Below are positions 19,272 through 28,681 of a DNA stretch of 64,000 bases, one piece after another (the stretch's first letter is position 1; each line of letters starts with the position of its first letter). Under the pieces are notes generated by a model. The model was not told the DNA's origin. It saw nothing but the letters and a program-made list of their open reading frames with translations, and made no database searches. The DNA is from Thermocrinis sp. (lineage in GTDB: Bacteria; Aquificota; Aquificia; Aquificales; Aquificaceae), in contig JAPYWH010000002.1 in NCBI GenBank assembly GCA_028276475.1, positions 9,652 through 73,651 of the forward strand. The letters are read 5' to 3'. The translations under genes and the position numbers were made by a program.

Positions 19272-21260
19272 ATGCGAGACTACTTCAAGAACGCAAGTGA
19301 GAGAGATTTGCTTTTGATAAACACTATAAGATTTTTGAGCGTGGATCAGGTGGAGAGGGCAAAGTCCGGGCATCCGGGTATGCCCCTTGGGGCAAGCCAC
19401 ATTCCTTACATAATCTACGATAGATTTTTGAGGTTTAACCCAAAGAACCCCAAATGGTTCAACAGGGACCGCTTTGTGCTCTCCGCAGGGCATGCCAGCG
19501 CCATGCTCTACTCTTTGCTCTTTGTAATGGGTTATGACCTGAAACTTGAGGACCTAAAGGGCTTTAGACAGCTGGGTAGCAGAACGCCGGGGCATCCCGA
19601 GAGCTTTCTTACACCGGGGGTAGAGGCAACCACTGGACCCCTCGGACAGGGCATTGGCAACGCGGTCGGTATGGCTTTGGCAGAAAAATTCCTTGCGGAC
19701 AGGTTCAACAGGGAAGGTTTTCCCATAATAGACCACTATACCTTTGCCTTTGTGAGCGATGGGGACCTTATGGAGGGTGTCTCCTGTGAAGTTTCCCAGC
19801 TGGCGGGACATTGGCAGTTAAACAAACTCATAGTTATCTGGGACAACAACAAGGTTTCCATAGACGGACCCACATCCTTAGCCTGGTCGGAGGATGTGCT
19901 AAAGAGGTTTGATGCCTTTGGTTGGTTTGTGCAGGAGGTGGAGGATGGCTACGATCTTGTTCAGCTTGAAGAAGCTATAAGGAGGGCGATGGAGCAAGGA
20001 GAAAAACCATCTTTTATATCCGTCCGAACTCACTTGGCTTATGGCTCTCCAAAGCAGGATGACGCCAGCGCCCACGGCGCACCCCTTGGAGAGGAATTAG
20101 CCCTGCAAACCAAGAAAAACTTTGGATGGTCTGAGGAAGAGTTCTTTGTCCCCGAGGAGGTGTGGGGCTACAGAGAAGAAAAAATAAAGAAGGGCGAACT
20201 TCTGGAAAGGGAGTGGAACGCCCTGTTTGAGAGGTATAGAGAAAGCTATCCAGAGTTGGCAAGGCTTCTGGAAAAGTCTTTGAACAAAGATTGGGAGGAG
20301 GATTACAGGGAGCTGTTGCCCGAGTTCAAGGATGCCATGGCGACCCGTCAGGCGAGCGGTAAGGTTTTGGCGTCCATATCAAAGGCAATTCCCACCCTCT
20401 TTGGAGGTTCTGCGGACCTTTCGGAATCCAACAACACCTACCTTCACGGAGAGGGAGACTTTCCACAGGGCAGGAACCTACACTTTGGAGTTAGGGAACA
20501 CGCCATGGGGACTATTCTCAACGGCATGGCATACCATGGTGGTATTATCCCTTACGGTGGCACCTTTTTGGTGTTCTCCGATTACATGAGACCTTCCATA
20601 AGGATGGCTTCCCTCTCCCACTTGCAGGTCGTTTATGTTTTCACCCACGACTCCATTGGGCTTGGAGAGGACGGACCTACCCACCAACCGGTGGAACAGC
20701 TTTCATCCTTGAGGCTCATTCCAAACCTTTTGGTTCTCAGGCCTGCAGACCCCAACGAGGTTAGCGTAGCCTGGCACATAGCACTAAAAAGAAAGGACGG
20801 ACCCACCGCAATAATCCTTACAAGGCAAAAGGTCCCTGTTATAGACCGCCAAAAATATCCCTCCCACTGGTCTGCCCTGAAGGGAGCATACGTGATAGCG
20901 GACACGGAGGGAACACCCGATGTGATAGTCTTTGCCTCCGGCTCGGAGGTTTATCCATCCTTGATGGCAAAGGAGATTTTAGAAAAGGAGGGCATAAAGG
21001 TAAGGGTGGTAAACATCTTTTCCTTTGAAGTCTTTGAACACCAACCAGAGGAGTATAAAGACTATACTCTTGCACCGGAGGTCAAAAAACGGGTAGCGGT
21101 GGAAGCGGGGAGAGGATTGCTTTGGTATAAATTTGTAGGAATGGATGGGCTTTTGATCACCCTTGAGGAGTTTGGAAGGTCTGCCCCGGGTGATGTACTC
21201 ATGGACTACTTTGGCTTTAGTCCCGAAAAAATCGCAAGGAGGATCAAAGAATGGCTGTAG
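19272..21260 (+). CDS. tkt: Transketolase
   Basis: 'SGHPGMP', 'GDGD'-type 'SDGDLMEG', 'GEDGPTHQP'. Confidence 0.97.
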   Translation: MRDYFKNASERDLLLINTIRFLSVDQVERAKSGHPGMPLGASHIPYIIYDRFLRFNPKNPKWFNRDRFVLSAGHASAMLYSLLFVMGYDLKLEDLKGFRQLGSRTPGHPESFLTPGVEATTGPLGQGIGNAVGMALAEKFLADRFNREGFPIIDHYTFAFVSDGDLMEGVSCEVSQLAGHWQLNKLIVIWDNNKVSIDGPTSLAWSEDVLKRFDAFGWFVQEVEDGYDLVQLEEAIRRAMEQGEKPSFISVRTHLAYGSPKQDDASAHGAPLGEELALQTKKNFGWSEEEFFVPEEVWGYREEKIKKGELLEREWNALFERYRESYPELARLLEKSLNKDWEEDYRELLPEFKDAMATRQASGKVLASISKAIPTLFGGSADLSESNNTYLHGEGDFPQGRNLHFGVREHAMGTILNGMAYHGGIIPYGGTFLVFSDYMRPSIRMASLSHLQVVYVFTHDSIGLGEDGPTHQPVEQLSSLRLIPNLLVLRPADPNEVSVAWHIALKRKDGPTAIILTRQKVPVIDRQKYPSHWSALKGAYVIADTEGTPDVIVFASGSEVYPSLMAKEILEKEGIKVRVVNIFSFEVFEHQPEEYKDYTLAPEVKKRVAVEAGRGLLWYKFVGMDGLLITLEEFGRSAPGDVLMDYFGFSPEKIARRIKEWL

Positions 21261-21811
21261 ATAAAGAAAAGCTAAAGCGAGCCATAAGGCTCTTTTTGGA
21301 GGCAATAGGAGAAGACCCGGATAGGGAAGGGCTGAAAGAGACACCCGAGCGGGTAGCCCGCATGTGGGAGGAGTTTGACCGCCAAAGGTCCTTTGATTTC
21401 AAGCTCTTTGAAGAGTTTGGAGATTACAACGAGATGGTTTTGGTTAAGGACATAAATATATACAGCCTGTGTGAGCATCATCTCTTGCCCTTCTTTGGAA
21501 AGGCACACATAGCATACATACCCAACGGTATAGTCTGCGGTCTTTCAAAGCTTGTCCGAACGGTCCGAGCCTTTGCCCTCCGACCTCAAGTCCAAGAAAG
21601 GCTCACCAACCAAATCGCAGACTTTTTGATAGAACAGTTAAAGCCAAAGGGTGTGGCGGTGGTCTTGGAAATGGAACATCTGTGCATGTCTATGAGAGGG
21701 GTGATGTCCCCGGGGCACCTTACAACTACTTCAGCCCTTAGGGGTATATTCCTCTCTGACCTGCGCACAAGGGAGGAGTTCCTCAAGCTAATAGGAAAGT
21801 CTAGGCAATGA
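21251..21811 (+). CDS. folE: GTP cyclohydrolase I
   Basis: 'ETPERVA', '[10 protein letters not shown]', 'RPQVQERLT', 'HLCMSMRGV'. Confidence 0.97.
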   Translation: MAVDKEKLKRAIRLFLEAIGEDPDREGLKETPERVARMWEEFDRQRSFDFKLFEEFGDYNEMVLVKDINIYSLCEHHLLPFFGKAHIAYIPNGIVCGLSKLVRTVRAFALRPQVQERLTNQIADFLIEQLKPKGVAVVLEMEHLCMSMRGVMSPGHLTTTSALRGIFLSDLRTREEFLKLIGKSRQ

Positions 21812-22746
21812 AACTGCAAGCCTTTTTGGAAAGAATGTTCAATCAAAAACGGGTGCCCCAAGCCTTACTTTTTTATGGAAAGGAGGGAGTAGGAAAGCGG
21901 GAAATTGCCTTTGAGCTTTCCAAGGCTTTACTGTGCTTAAATGCTCAATATCCTGCCTGCGGTGTTTGTGAATCCTGCCGTCTTTTGAGGGACTTTTTCT
22001 CCCAGCCTGAAGAAAAGCTAAAGGTATACGAGGACGGTGCCTTTGTTTATCTTCAGGGAGATCACCCAGATTTTATCTATCTCAAGCCCGAAAAGACGGA
22101 GATAAAGGTAGACCAAGTTAGGGCTGTTAGAGAGTTTGTTTATATAAAGCCTGCCCTGTCCCACAAAAAGGTGGTTGTTATATATAACGCGGACGCCATG
22201 AACCCCTACGCCCAAAATGCCCTGCTAAAAGTCTTAGAAGAACCTCCCTTAGATACTCACTTTATCCTCGTTTCTCATAACCTAAACAGTGTATTGCCTA
22301 CCATAAAGTCAAGGTGTTTTATGTTAGAGGTTCCACCCCTTACCAAAGAGGAGCTTGCCCAAAGGACGGGTGTAAAGGATGAGCTTCTTTTGGAGCTTTC
22401 GGAGGGTAGTCTTATCTTACTTGAAAGCTTAAAAGAGAAGAAAGAGATAGTAGAAACCGCACTGAAGTTTTGGCAATTAGATTGGGTCAACCTTTTTAAA
22501 TTAGCCAACAAATTGGAAGACTGGAGCACGGAGGATAAGCTCTTATTCCTTAAGATTCTCTCGGGTTTGATCCACAAAAAATACCTACAAGGGCGGGAGG
22601 AAAGGTATAAACTTATGCTTGATAGGGTGTATTTTGCCATGGAGTATTTGGGCAAAGGCATTAACTTAAAGCTCACATTGTTTTATCTTTATTTAAAAGG
22701 AGGTGATAAAAATGCTTTATATAAAGGCGCGTTGTCAGGACACTAA
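21808..22746 (+). CDS. holB: DNA polymerase III subunit delta'
   Basis: CxxC..CxxC Zn module, 'HPDF', '[13 protein letters not shown]', 'TIKSRC'. Confidence 0.9.
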   Translation: MKLQAFLERMFNQKRVPQALLFYGKEGVGKREIAFELSKALLCLNAQYPACGVCESCRLLRDFFSQPEEKLKVYEDGAFVYLQGDHPDFIYLKPEKTEIKVDQVRAVREFVYIKPALSHKKVVVIYNADAMNPYAQNALLKVLEEPPLDTHFILVSHNLNSVLPTIKSRCFMLEVPPLTKEELAQRTGVKDELLLELSEGSLILLESLKEKKEIVETALKFWQLDWVNLFKLANKLEDWSTEDKLLFLKILSGLIHKKYLQGREERYKLMLDRVYFAMEYLGKGINLKLTLFYLYLKGGDKNALYKGALSGH

Positions 22747-23578
22747 GAAGGTCATAGGAGTGGATGGGGTGAGGGAGGATGTTCAAAGGGGGGAGTTAGT
22801 GGTTGTAAGCTCTGAAAGGGGAGAAGAGTTGGTGGAGGTGCTCGGCTGCTCAAAGGAGGGGCTGTCTTCAAAGGCGACCTTTTTAAGAAGGGCAATGGAG
22901 GAGGACAAAAGAAGGGCTCAGGAAAACGAAGAGCGTGCAAAAGAATTTCACCAACTCTGCAAAAGAAAGATCAGAGAGTATAACTTGGAGATGAAGCTCT
23001 TAAAAACTTACATTCCCTTGGATGGGTCCAAGGTGTTCTTTTACTATACCGCAGAGCAGAGGGTGGATTTTAGGGCTCTGGTAAGGGATCTGGCAAAATC
23101 CCTAAAAAGGCGCATAGAGATGAGGCAGATTGGTGTCCGAGATGCAGTTCAGATGATGGGTTGGCTTGGGAACTGCGGTAATGATGCCTGCTGTGCAAAG
23201 TTTGCAGAGAAAATGGAATCCGTTTATGTGCACGATATAAACCTCCAGAACCTTCCCCTGTCTCCCTCCAAATTTACCGGACCTTGTGGAAGGCTCTTGT
23301 GCTGTTTAGCCTACGAGCGGGAAAACTATTTGATAAAGGAAATCCTACCCGATGTAGGGACTTCTCTATGCTACGACGGAAGGGAATACAACCTAATTTT
23401 TGTGGAGCCACTGCGGGGTTATGCCCTGTTGGAGAGGGAAGGGAAAAAAATTGAAGTACCCTTGAAGGAGCTTTTGCCCAACCATTACGAAAGGGCTTTG
23501 GAACACTGCAGGGCGTGTCCCACATGTTGCAGAAGGGTTGGTATAGACCATGAAGCTACTGTGGGAGCTACAGAGTGA
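22712..23578 (+). CDS. PSP1/RicT (YaaT)-family Fe-S regulatory protein
   Basis: 'FYYTAEQRVDFRALVRDLA', 'RIEMRQIGVRD', 'GPCGRLLCCLAYE'; holB-adjacent as in Bacillus. Confidence 0.9.
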   Translation: MLYIKARCQDTKKVIGVDGVREDVQRGELVVVSSERGEELVEVLGCSKEGLSSKATFLRRAMEEDKRRAQENEERAKEFHQLCKRKIREYNLEMKLLKTYIPLDGSKVFFYYTAEQRVDFRALVRDLAKSLKRRIEMRQIGVRDAVQMMGWLGNCGNDACCAKFAEKMESVYVHDINLQNLPLSPSKFTGPCGRLLCCLAYERENYLIKEILPDVGTSLCYDGREYNLIFVEPLRGYALLEREGKKIEVPLKELLPNHYERALEHCRACPTCCRRVGIDHEATVGATE

Positions 23579-24350
23579 GCTAAACCGATTGTTTTTGTTT
23601 GAGTTGGAGGATGGCTCAAGAGTTGAGTCGGTTTTTTACAGAGCAGACACCCTTTGCCTTTCCACTCAAGTGGGCTGTGCTCTGGGATGTCCCTTCTGTC
23701 TTTCAGGTTCAAAGGGGCTACTGAGAAACCTTTCCGCAGAAGAAATATACTCCCAATACAGGCTTTTGAAGGATAAACTTCCAATAAAGAGAATAGCCAT
23801 GTCGGGCATTGGAGAGCCATTGATGAACTACGCGAACGTCCAAGAAGCTTTCTGGATGTTAAAGGAGGAGGGACTGAAGGTTTCCTTCTATACCACGGGC
23901 TTTCCCACGGAAAAACTGCCCATGCTACTTAGTCTTCCCCACAACGGCGTAACCATATCTGTGCATACAGTAAGGGAGGAAAAAAGAAAACTTTTAATTC
24001 CTCATGGAGGGAGCCTTGAGAAGTTGGTCCGCACATTGAAATATTCCCTCAAAGGGCTCAGTTCAAGCAAGAGAAAAAAAGTTGCCTTGGCGTATTTGCT
24101 CATAAAGGACATAAACGACACACAAGAGGAACTTTTGGAGTTTTCAAAGCTTGTTAAGGAGCTGGGCTTGAGGGCAGTGCTTCTTTACTATAACTCCACA
24201 AAGCCTGACTTTGAAGCGCCATCTTTGGAGGAATACGAGAGGGCTTTTTTGACCTTAAAGTCTCAGGGCATAAAGGTTTCCCTTTCCACAAGATACAGAA
24301 AGGACAAACTTGGGGGCTGTGGAACCCTCTTGGTCAATCGGTCTTTATAA
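23550..24350 (+). CDS. RlmN/Cfr-like class A radical SAM methyltransferase, N-terminally shortened
   Basis: 'TLCLSTQVGCALGCPFC', 'MSGIGEP', C-terminal 'GGCGTL'. Confidence 0.8.
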   Translation: MKLLWELQSELNRLFLFELEDGSRVESVFYRADTLCLSTQVGCALGCPFCLSGSKGLLRNLSAEEIYSQYRLLKDKLPIKRIAMSGIGEPLMNYANVQEAFWMLKEEGLKVSFYTTGFPTEKLPMLLSLPHNGVTISVHTVREEKRKLLIPHGGSLEKLVRTLKYSLKGLSSSKRKKVALAYLLIKDINDTQEELLEFSKLVKELGLRAVLLYYNSTKPDFEAPSLEEYERAFLTLKSQGIKVSLSTRYRKDKLGGCGTLLVNRSL

Positions 24351-24738
24351 GGTCCGCTATTATTTCCTCTTGGTCATCCTTTGCCACACAGTGCAAGGGC
24401 ATCACCTGAACCTTAGCCACTCCCTTTTTGAGCATTCCGAGCTTTTCCGCCGCAGACCTTGAAAGGTCTATGATCCTGCCTTTTTTGTATGGTCCCCTAT
24501 CATTAACCCTAACCACCACTTCCTCTCCGTTTTCTAAGTTCCTCACCAAAAGGTATGTATGCATACCAAAGTGCTTTGACGCGGCGGTGTATTTGAATTT
24601 ATCAAAGTTTTCTCCGCTAAATGCCTTTCTTCCGTGAAACTTTCCACCATACCAAGACGCATAGCCCTCTAACACCTTGCACTCTTGGGCGTAAGAAAAG
24701 CCAAAGGCAAGGCAGAGGACCAAAAACCACCTCCGCAT
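24334..24738 (-). CDS. rlpA: Septal ring lytic transglycosylase RlpA family
   Basis: Signal peptide; 'GYASWYG', 'VVRVNDRGPY', 'IIDLSRSAA'. Confidence 0.92.
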   Translation of the reverse strand: MRRWFLVLCLAFGFSYAQECKVLEGYASWYGGKFHGRKAFSGENFDKFKYTAASKHFGMHTYLLVRNLENGEEVVVRVNDRGPYKKGRIIDLSRSAAEKLGMLKKGVAKVQVMPLHCVAKDDQEEIIADLIKTD

Positions 24739-24774
24739 AGCAAAAAGGATACCATAGATTGAATTGTTGATCAA

Positions 24775-24789
24775 GGAGGCAAAGCCCCC
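24775..24789 (-). terminator. Hairpin downstream of acs (terminator-like)
   Basis: Minus-strand GGGGGC-TTT-GCCTCC followed by TTGA; weak U-tract. Confidence 0.45.
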
Positions 24790-24795
24790 GAGATT

Positions 24796-26691
24796 TTAGT
24801 CCTCCAAGGTAGAAACGTCTCCCACCGGCAGTCCGAGCTCCTGAGCCTTCAGAACCCTCCTCATGATCTTACCGCTTCTGGTCTTTGGTAATTTTTCCAC
24901 AAATTCTATTTCATCTGGCACCGCAATGGCACCAAGCACCTGTCTGACATGCTGTTTTATGTCCTCCTTTAGCCTGTCGGAGGGCTCCACGCCCTTCTTT
25001 AGGATCACAAAAGCCTTTATGGATTCTCCCTTTATCTCGTGGGGCTTTCCTATAACTGCCGCTTCAGCCACCGCTGGATGGTCCACCAAAGCAGATTCCA
25101 CCTCCATGGTTCCTATCCTATGCCCTGCCACATTAAGCACATCGTCAGCCCTTCCGAGGATCATTATGTAGCCCTCTTCATCGTAAGTAGCCAAGTCTCC
25201 GGTGAAATAGACCTGACCGGGTATGGCGGTCCAATACTTTTCATACCTCTCGGGCTCTCCCCAGCATGTTCTTAGCATGGAGGGCCAAGGGGACTTTATA
25301 ACCAAGTTTCCAACGGTGTTGGGAGGAAGGGGATTACCTTGGCTATCCACCACTGCGGGCTCTATGGTAAAGAAGGGCTTTCCTGCCTTACCGGGTTTGG
25401 CTGGATAGGAGGGTATGGTGGTGATCATGTGGGCTCCCGTTTCTGTTTGCCACCAAGTATCCACGATCACACACCTTTCCCTTCCTATGTGTTTGTAATA
25501 CCATTCCCAAGCCTCTGGGTTTATAGGCTCACCCACAGAACCAAGCACCCTTAAGGAAGACATGTCATACTTAGCAGGCCACTCATCTCCAAACCTCATG
25601 AACATCCTTATGGCGGTGGGTGCGGTGTAAAAGATGTTTACCCTGTACCTTTCCACGTAGCTCCACCATCTGCCTGGGTTTGGATAGTCTGGGGCACCCT
25701 CCACCGTCAGAGAGGTTAGCCCGTTTGCCAAAGGTCCATAAACTATGTATGAATGCCCCGTAACCCAGCCTATGTCTGCAGTGCACCAGTAAATGTCATC
25801 CTCATGGGCATCAAAGACTACCTTGGTGGTGTAGTAAGTTCCCACCATATAACCACCGGTGGTATGGAGAACTCCCTTTGGCTTTCCAGTTGTGCCAGAT
25901 GTGTAGAGGATAAACAGCGGGTCCTCTGCGTCCATAACTTCCGGCTCGCAAACAGGAGAAGACTCTTTTATCAGCTTGTCTAAGCTAACCAAGAGTGGGC
26001 TTTCTTCGTTGAGCACATCTCCATCCCTGTCCCAAACCACCACTTTTTCCACAAAGGAAAGCCCGTCTATAGCCCTCTGGGCGGTTGCCAAAAGGTCTAT
26101 CTTTTTGCCCCTTCTCTTGGTGTAGGTGGCGGTAATGAGCACCTTAGCTTTGGCGTCCTCTATCCTAGTTCTGAGGGCACCCTCGCTAAAGCCCGCAAAA
26201 ACCACGCTGTGTATTGCGCCAATTCTGGCACAGGCTAACATGCAAGCTATGGCGGGTATGGTGTTTGGCATATATATAGATACCCTGTCTCCTTTTTTAA
26301 CACCTAAGGACTTCAGACCGTTGGCGATGCGATTGACAAGTTCCAAAAGTTCTCCGTAAGTGATCTTCTGCTCGTTGTTGTCCTCATCCAACCATATGTA
26401 TGCAACCTTATTTCTCCTACCGTTTAAAACATGCCTGTCTAAGCAGTTGTAGGTAATGTTGGTTTGGGCACCCACAAACCACTGGGCGTAAGGAAACTGC
26501 CAATCTAAAACCTTGTCCCACTTTTTGAACCAGTGAAGCTCCTCTGCAGCATTAGCCCAAAAACCCTCTCTGTCTTTGATGGACTCCTGATACAGGCTCT
26601 CGTAGTCCTTTACCCACGCCCTTTCTACAATGTGCTTGGGTGGGTAATACTTGCCCTCCACCTTCAAAAGAACTTCACTCCTCTCTTCCAT
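24796..26691 (-). CDS. acs: Acetyl-CoA synthetase
   Basis: 'LYTSGTTGKPKG', 'DTWWQTETG', 'LPKTRSGKIMRR'. Confidence 0.97.
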   Translation of the reverse strand: MEERSEVLLKVEGKYYPPKHIVERAWVKDYESLYQESIKDREGFWANAAEELHWFKKWDKVLDWQFPYAQWFVGAQTNITYNCLDRHVLNGRRNKVAYIWLDEDNNEQKITYGELLELVNRIANGLKSLGVKKGDRVSIYMPNTIPAIACMLACARIGAIHSVVFAGFSEGALRTRIEDAKAKVLITATYTKRRGKKIDLLATAQRAIDGLSFVEKVVVWDRDGDVLNEESPLLVSLDKLIKESSPVCEPEVMDAEDPLFILYTSGTTGKPKGVLHTTGGYMVGTYYTTKVVFDAHEDDIYWCTADIGWVTGHSYIVYGPLANGLTSLTVEGAPDYPNPGRWWSYVERYRVNIFYTAPTAIRMFMRFGDEWPAKYDMSSLRVLGSVGEPINPEAWEWYYKHIGRERCVIVDTWWQTETGAHMITTIPSYPAKPGKAGKPFFTIEPAVVDSQGNPLPPNTVGNLVIKSPWPSMLRTCWGEPERYEKYWTAIPGQVYFTGDLATYDEEGYIMILGRADDVLNVAGHRIGTMEVESALVDHPAVAEAAVIGKPHEIKGESIKAFVILKKGVEPSDRLKEDIKQHVRQVLGAIAVPDEIEFVEKLPKTRSGKIMRRVLKAQELGLPVGDVSTLED

Positions 26692-26740
26692 GTTTTACCT
26701 CCTTGGAAGTTTTTAAAAAGTATAAACGCTGTCTATTCAA

Positions 26741-28450
26741 ATGGCTGGTGCCTTGGCACTGCAAGGCTACAACGGACTTGCCTTCATAATGGGATGGACT
26801 GGTGGTTATGTGCTCCTTGGTGTTCTGATCGCACCATACCTCAGAAAGTTTGGTGCATACACAGTGCCCGACTTTTTGGACGCAAGATATGGTGGAAAGA
26901 TCCCCCGTCTTGTAGGAATAATAGCAACGATCATAACTTCCTTTACTTATTTAACCGCTCAGATCACCGGTGTGGGCATCATAGCCAGTAGGCTTTTGGG
27001 TCTGCCCTTTGAGGTGGGTGTTTTCTTGGGTCTGGCGGGAATATTGGTCTGCTCCTTCCTGGGTGGAATGAAAGCAGTTACATGGACGCAGGTTGCCCAG
27101 TATATAGTGCTGATAATTGCCTACCTTATACCCGTTACTGTTCTATCCTTTAAATACACAGGAAATCCCATATCCCAAATATCCTACGGCTTTGCCCTGC
27201 AAGGAATAGAACAGAAGTTCGCCCAGTTGAAGGATGATCCCAAAGAGCAGGAAGTTAGGGAAATTCACAAGAAAAGGGCAGAGGAGCTAAAAGCCAAGAT
27301 CGCCGCACTTCCTCAAAGCTGGGAAGAAGGAAAGAAACAGCTACAAGAAAAGCTCGCCTCTTTGCCACCCGACGACTCCAAGAGGGCTGAGCTTGAAAAG
27401 CAGTTAAAAGACTATCCAAAGTCTCCCGAAGAGGCTAAGGAAAAATGGACACAGGCTATGAAGGACGAAGAGGATGCATCAAAGCCTCCAAAATCTTACA
27501 TAGCACCCCCCTCTGACGCAAAGGGCATGGTTAATTTCTTAGCACTAACCCTAATGCTCATGCTTGGAACCGCAGGATTGCCCCACGTCATAATGAGGTT
27601 CTACACCACACCCACCGTTAGGGAGGCGAGGACTTCCGCCGCATGGGCGCTGTTTTTCATACTTCTCCTTTATATAACCGCACCCGCTTACGCTGCCTTT
27701 GGTAGGTATGAGATGCTAAACCTTGTAGGCAAAGCCTTCTCCGAAATGCCCTCTTGGGTTGAAAAGTGGGCAAAGGTTGGACTTATTACCATAAAGGACC
27801 TTAACGGAGACGGAATAATACAGTTTGCGGAGATAAAGATCTACCCAGACATGGTAGTGTTGGCAACCCCCGAGATAGCCGGTCTTCCCTATGTTATAGC
27901 GGGCTTTGTGGCGGCGGGTGGTCTTGCAGCGGCGCTATCCACCGCAGACGGTCTTTTGATCACCATATCCAACGCCATATCCCACGACCTTTACTACAAG
28001 ATCATCAACCCAAACCTCGCCCCATCCACAAGGGTTAAGATCGGAAAGGCTCTGCTCTTGGTGGTTGCCTTGCTCGGTGCCTATGTGGCATCCTTCAAGC
28101 TCGCCATAATCGTTGAGCTGGTGGCTTGGGCATTCTCCTTAGCTGGCGCCTCTCTCTTTCCCGCCCTGGTGCTGGGTATATGGAATAAAAGGACCAATAA
28201 ATACGGTGCTGTGGCTGGCATTCTGGTAGGTCTTGGTGTAACCCTTGCTTACCTAATAGCCAGCAGGTTCTACGGCTTTGAGTTATTTGGAATAAAGACC
28301 ATCGCTGCGGGAATCTTTGGCATGCCCCTTAACTTCATAGTTGCCTTTGTGGTCTCCCGTCTTACTCCTCCGCCACCCCAGGAAATTCAAGAGTTTGTGG
28401 ACCACATTAGGTATCCCAAGGGTGCGGTCAAAGCGGGTGCGGAGGAATGA
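26741..28450 (+). CDS. Sodium:solute symporter (ActP/VC_2705-like acetate permease), apparently 5'-truncated
   Basis: 'GWTGGY', 'APYLRKFG.YTVPDF', 'GTAGLPHV', 'AAALSTADGLL'; starts at the internal MAG motif with an in-frame stop at 26723. Confidence 0.85.
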   Translation: MAGALALQGYNGLAFIMGWTGGYVLLGVLIAPYLRKFGAYTVPDFLDARYGGKIPRLVGIIATIITSFTYLTAQITGVGIIASRLLGLPFEVGVFLGLAGILVCSFLGGMKAVTWTQVAQYIVLIIAYLIPVTVLSFKYTGNPISQISYGFALQGIEQKFAQLKDDPKEQEVREIHKKRAEELKAKIAALPQSWEEGKKQLQEKLASLPPDDSKRAELEKQLKDYPKSPEEAKEKWTQAMKDEEDASKPPKSYIAPPSDAKGMVNFLALTLMLMLGTAGLPHVIMRFYTTPTVREARTSAAWALFFILLLYITAPAYAAFGRYEMLNLVGKAFSEMPSWVEKWAKVGLITIKDLNGDGIIQFAEIKIYPDMVVLATPEIAGLPYVIAGFVAAGGLAAALSTADGLLITISNAISHDLYYKIINPNLAPSTRVKIGKALLLVVALLGAYVASFKLAIIVELVAWAFSLAGASLFPALVLGIWNKRTNKYGAVAGILVGLGVTLAYLIASRFYGFELFGIKTIAAGIFGMPLNFIVAFVVSRLTPPPPQEIQEFVDHIRYPKGAVKAGAEE

Positions 28451-28680
28451 CCTTAGGGCAGTTTTTGAACTACACCCTTGCCTTTTTTATGTGGCTCGTC
28501 CTCGGGCGGGCCGCCCTTGAATTTTTTACAAGGGACCTTAACAACTTCTTTTACAGGTTCTTCTACCAATTTACGGAGCCTTTATACAGACCCTACAGAA
28601 AGCTCTTTCCCTGCTGTCATACCCTCTTGCTTTTGGTAAGCCTTCTGATTCTTAGGTTTCTTGTGATAAAACTTTTGTGA
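28447..28680 (+). CDS. Small membrane protein, YggT-like
   Basis: 77 aa, 'FFYQFTEPLYRPYRKLFP'; ATGA-coupled. Confidence 0.65.
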   Translation: MTLGQFLNYTLAFFMWLVLGRAALEFFTRDLNNFFYRFFYQFTEPLYRPYRKLFPCCHTLLLLVSLLILRFLVIKLL

Positions 28681-28681
28681 A

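Noticed and set aside
26726-26746. 'AVYSNG' in another frame just upstream of the symporter, resembling the missing 'AVYNG' motif
   Set aside because: Too short, and it overlaps the acs promoter region; probably chance.
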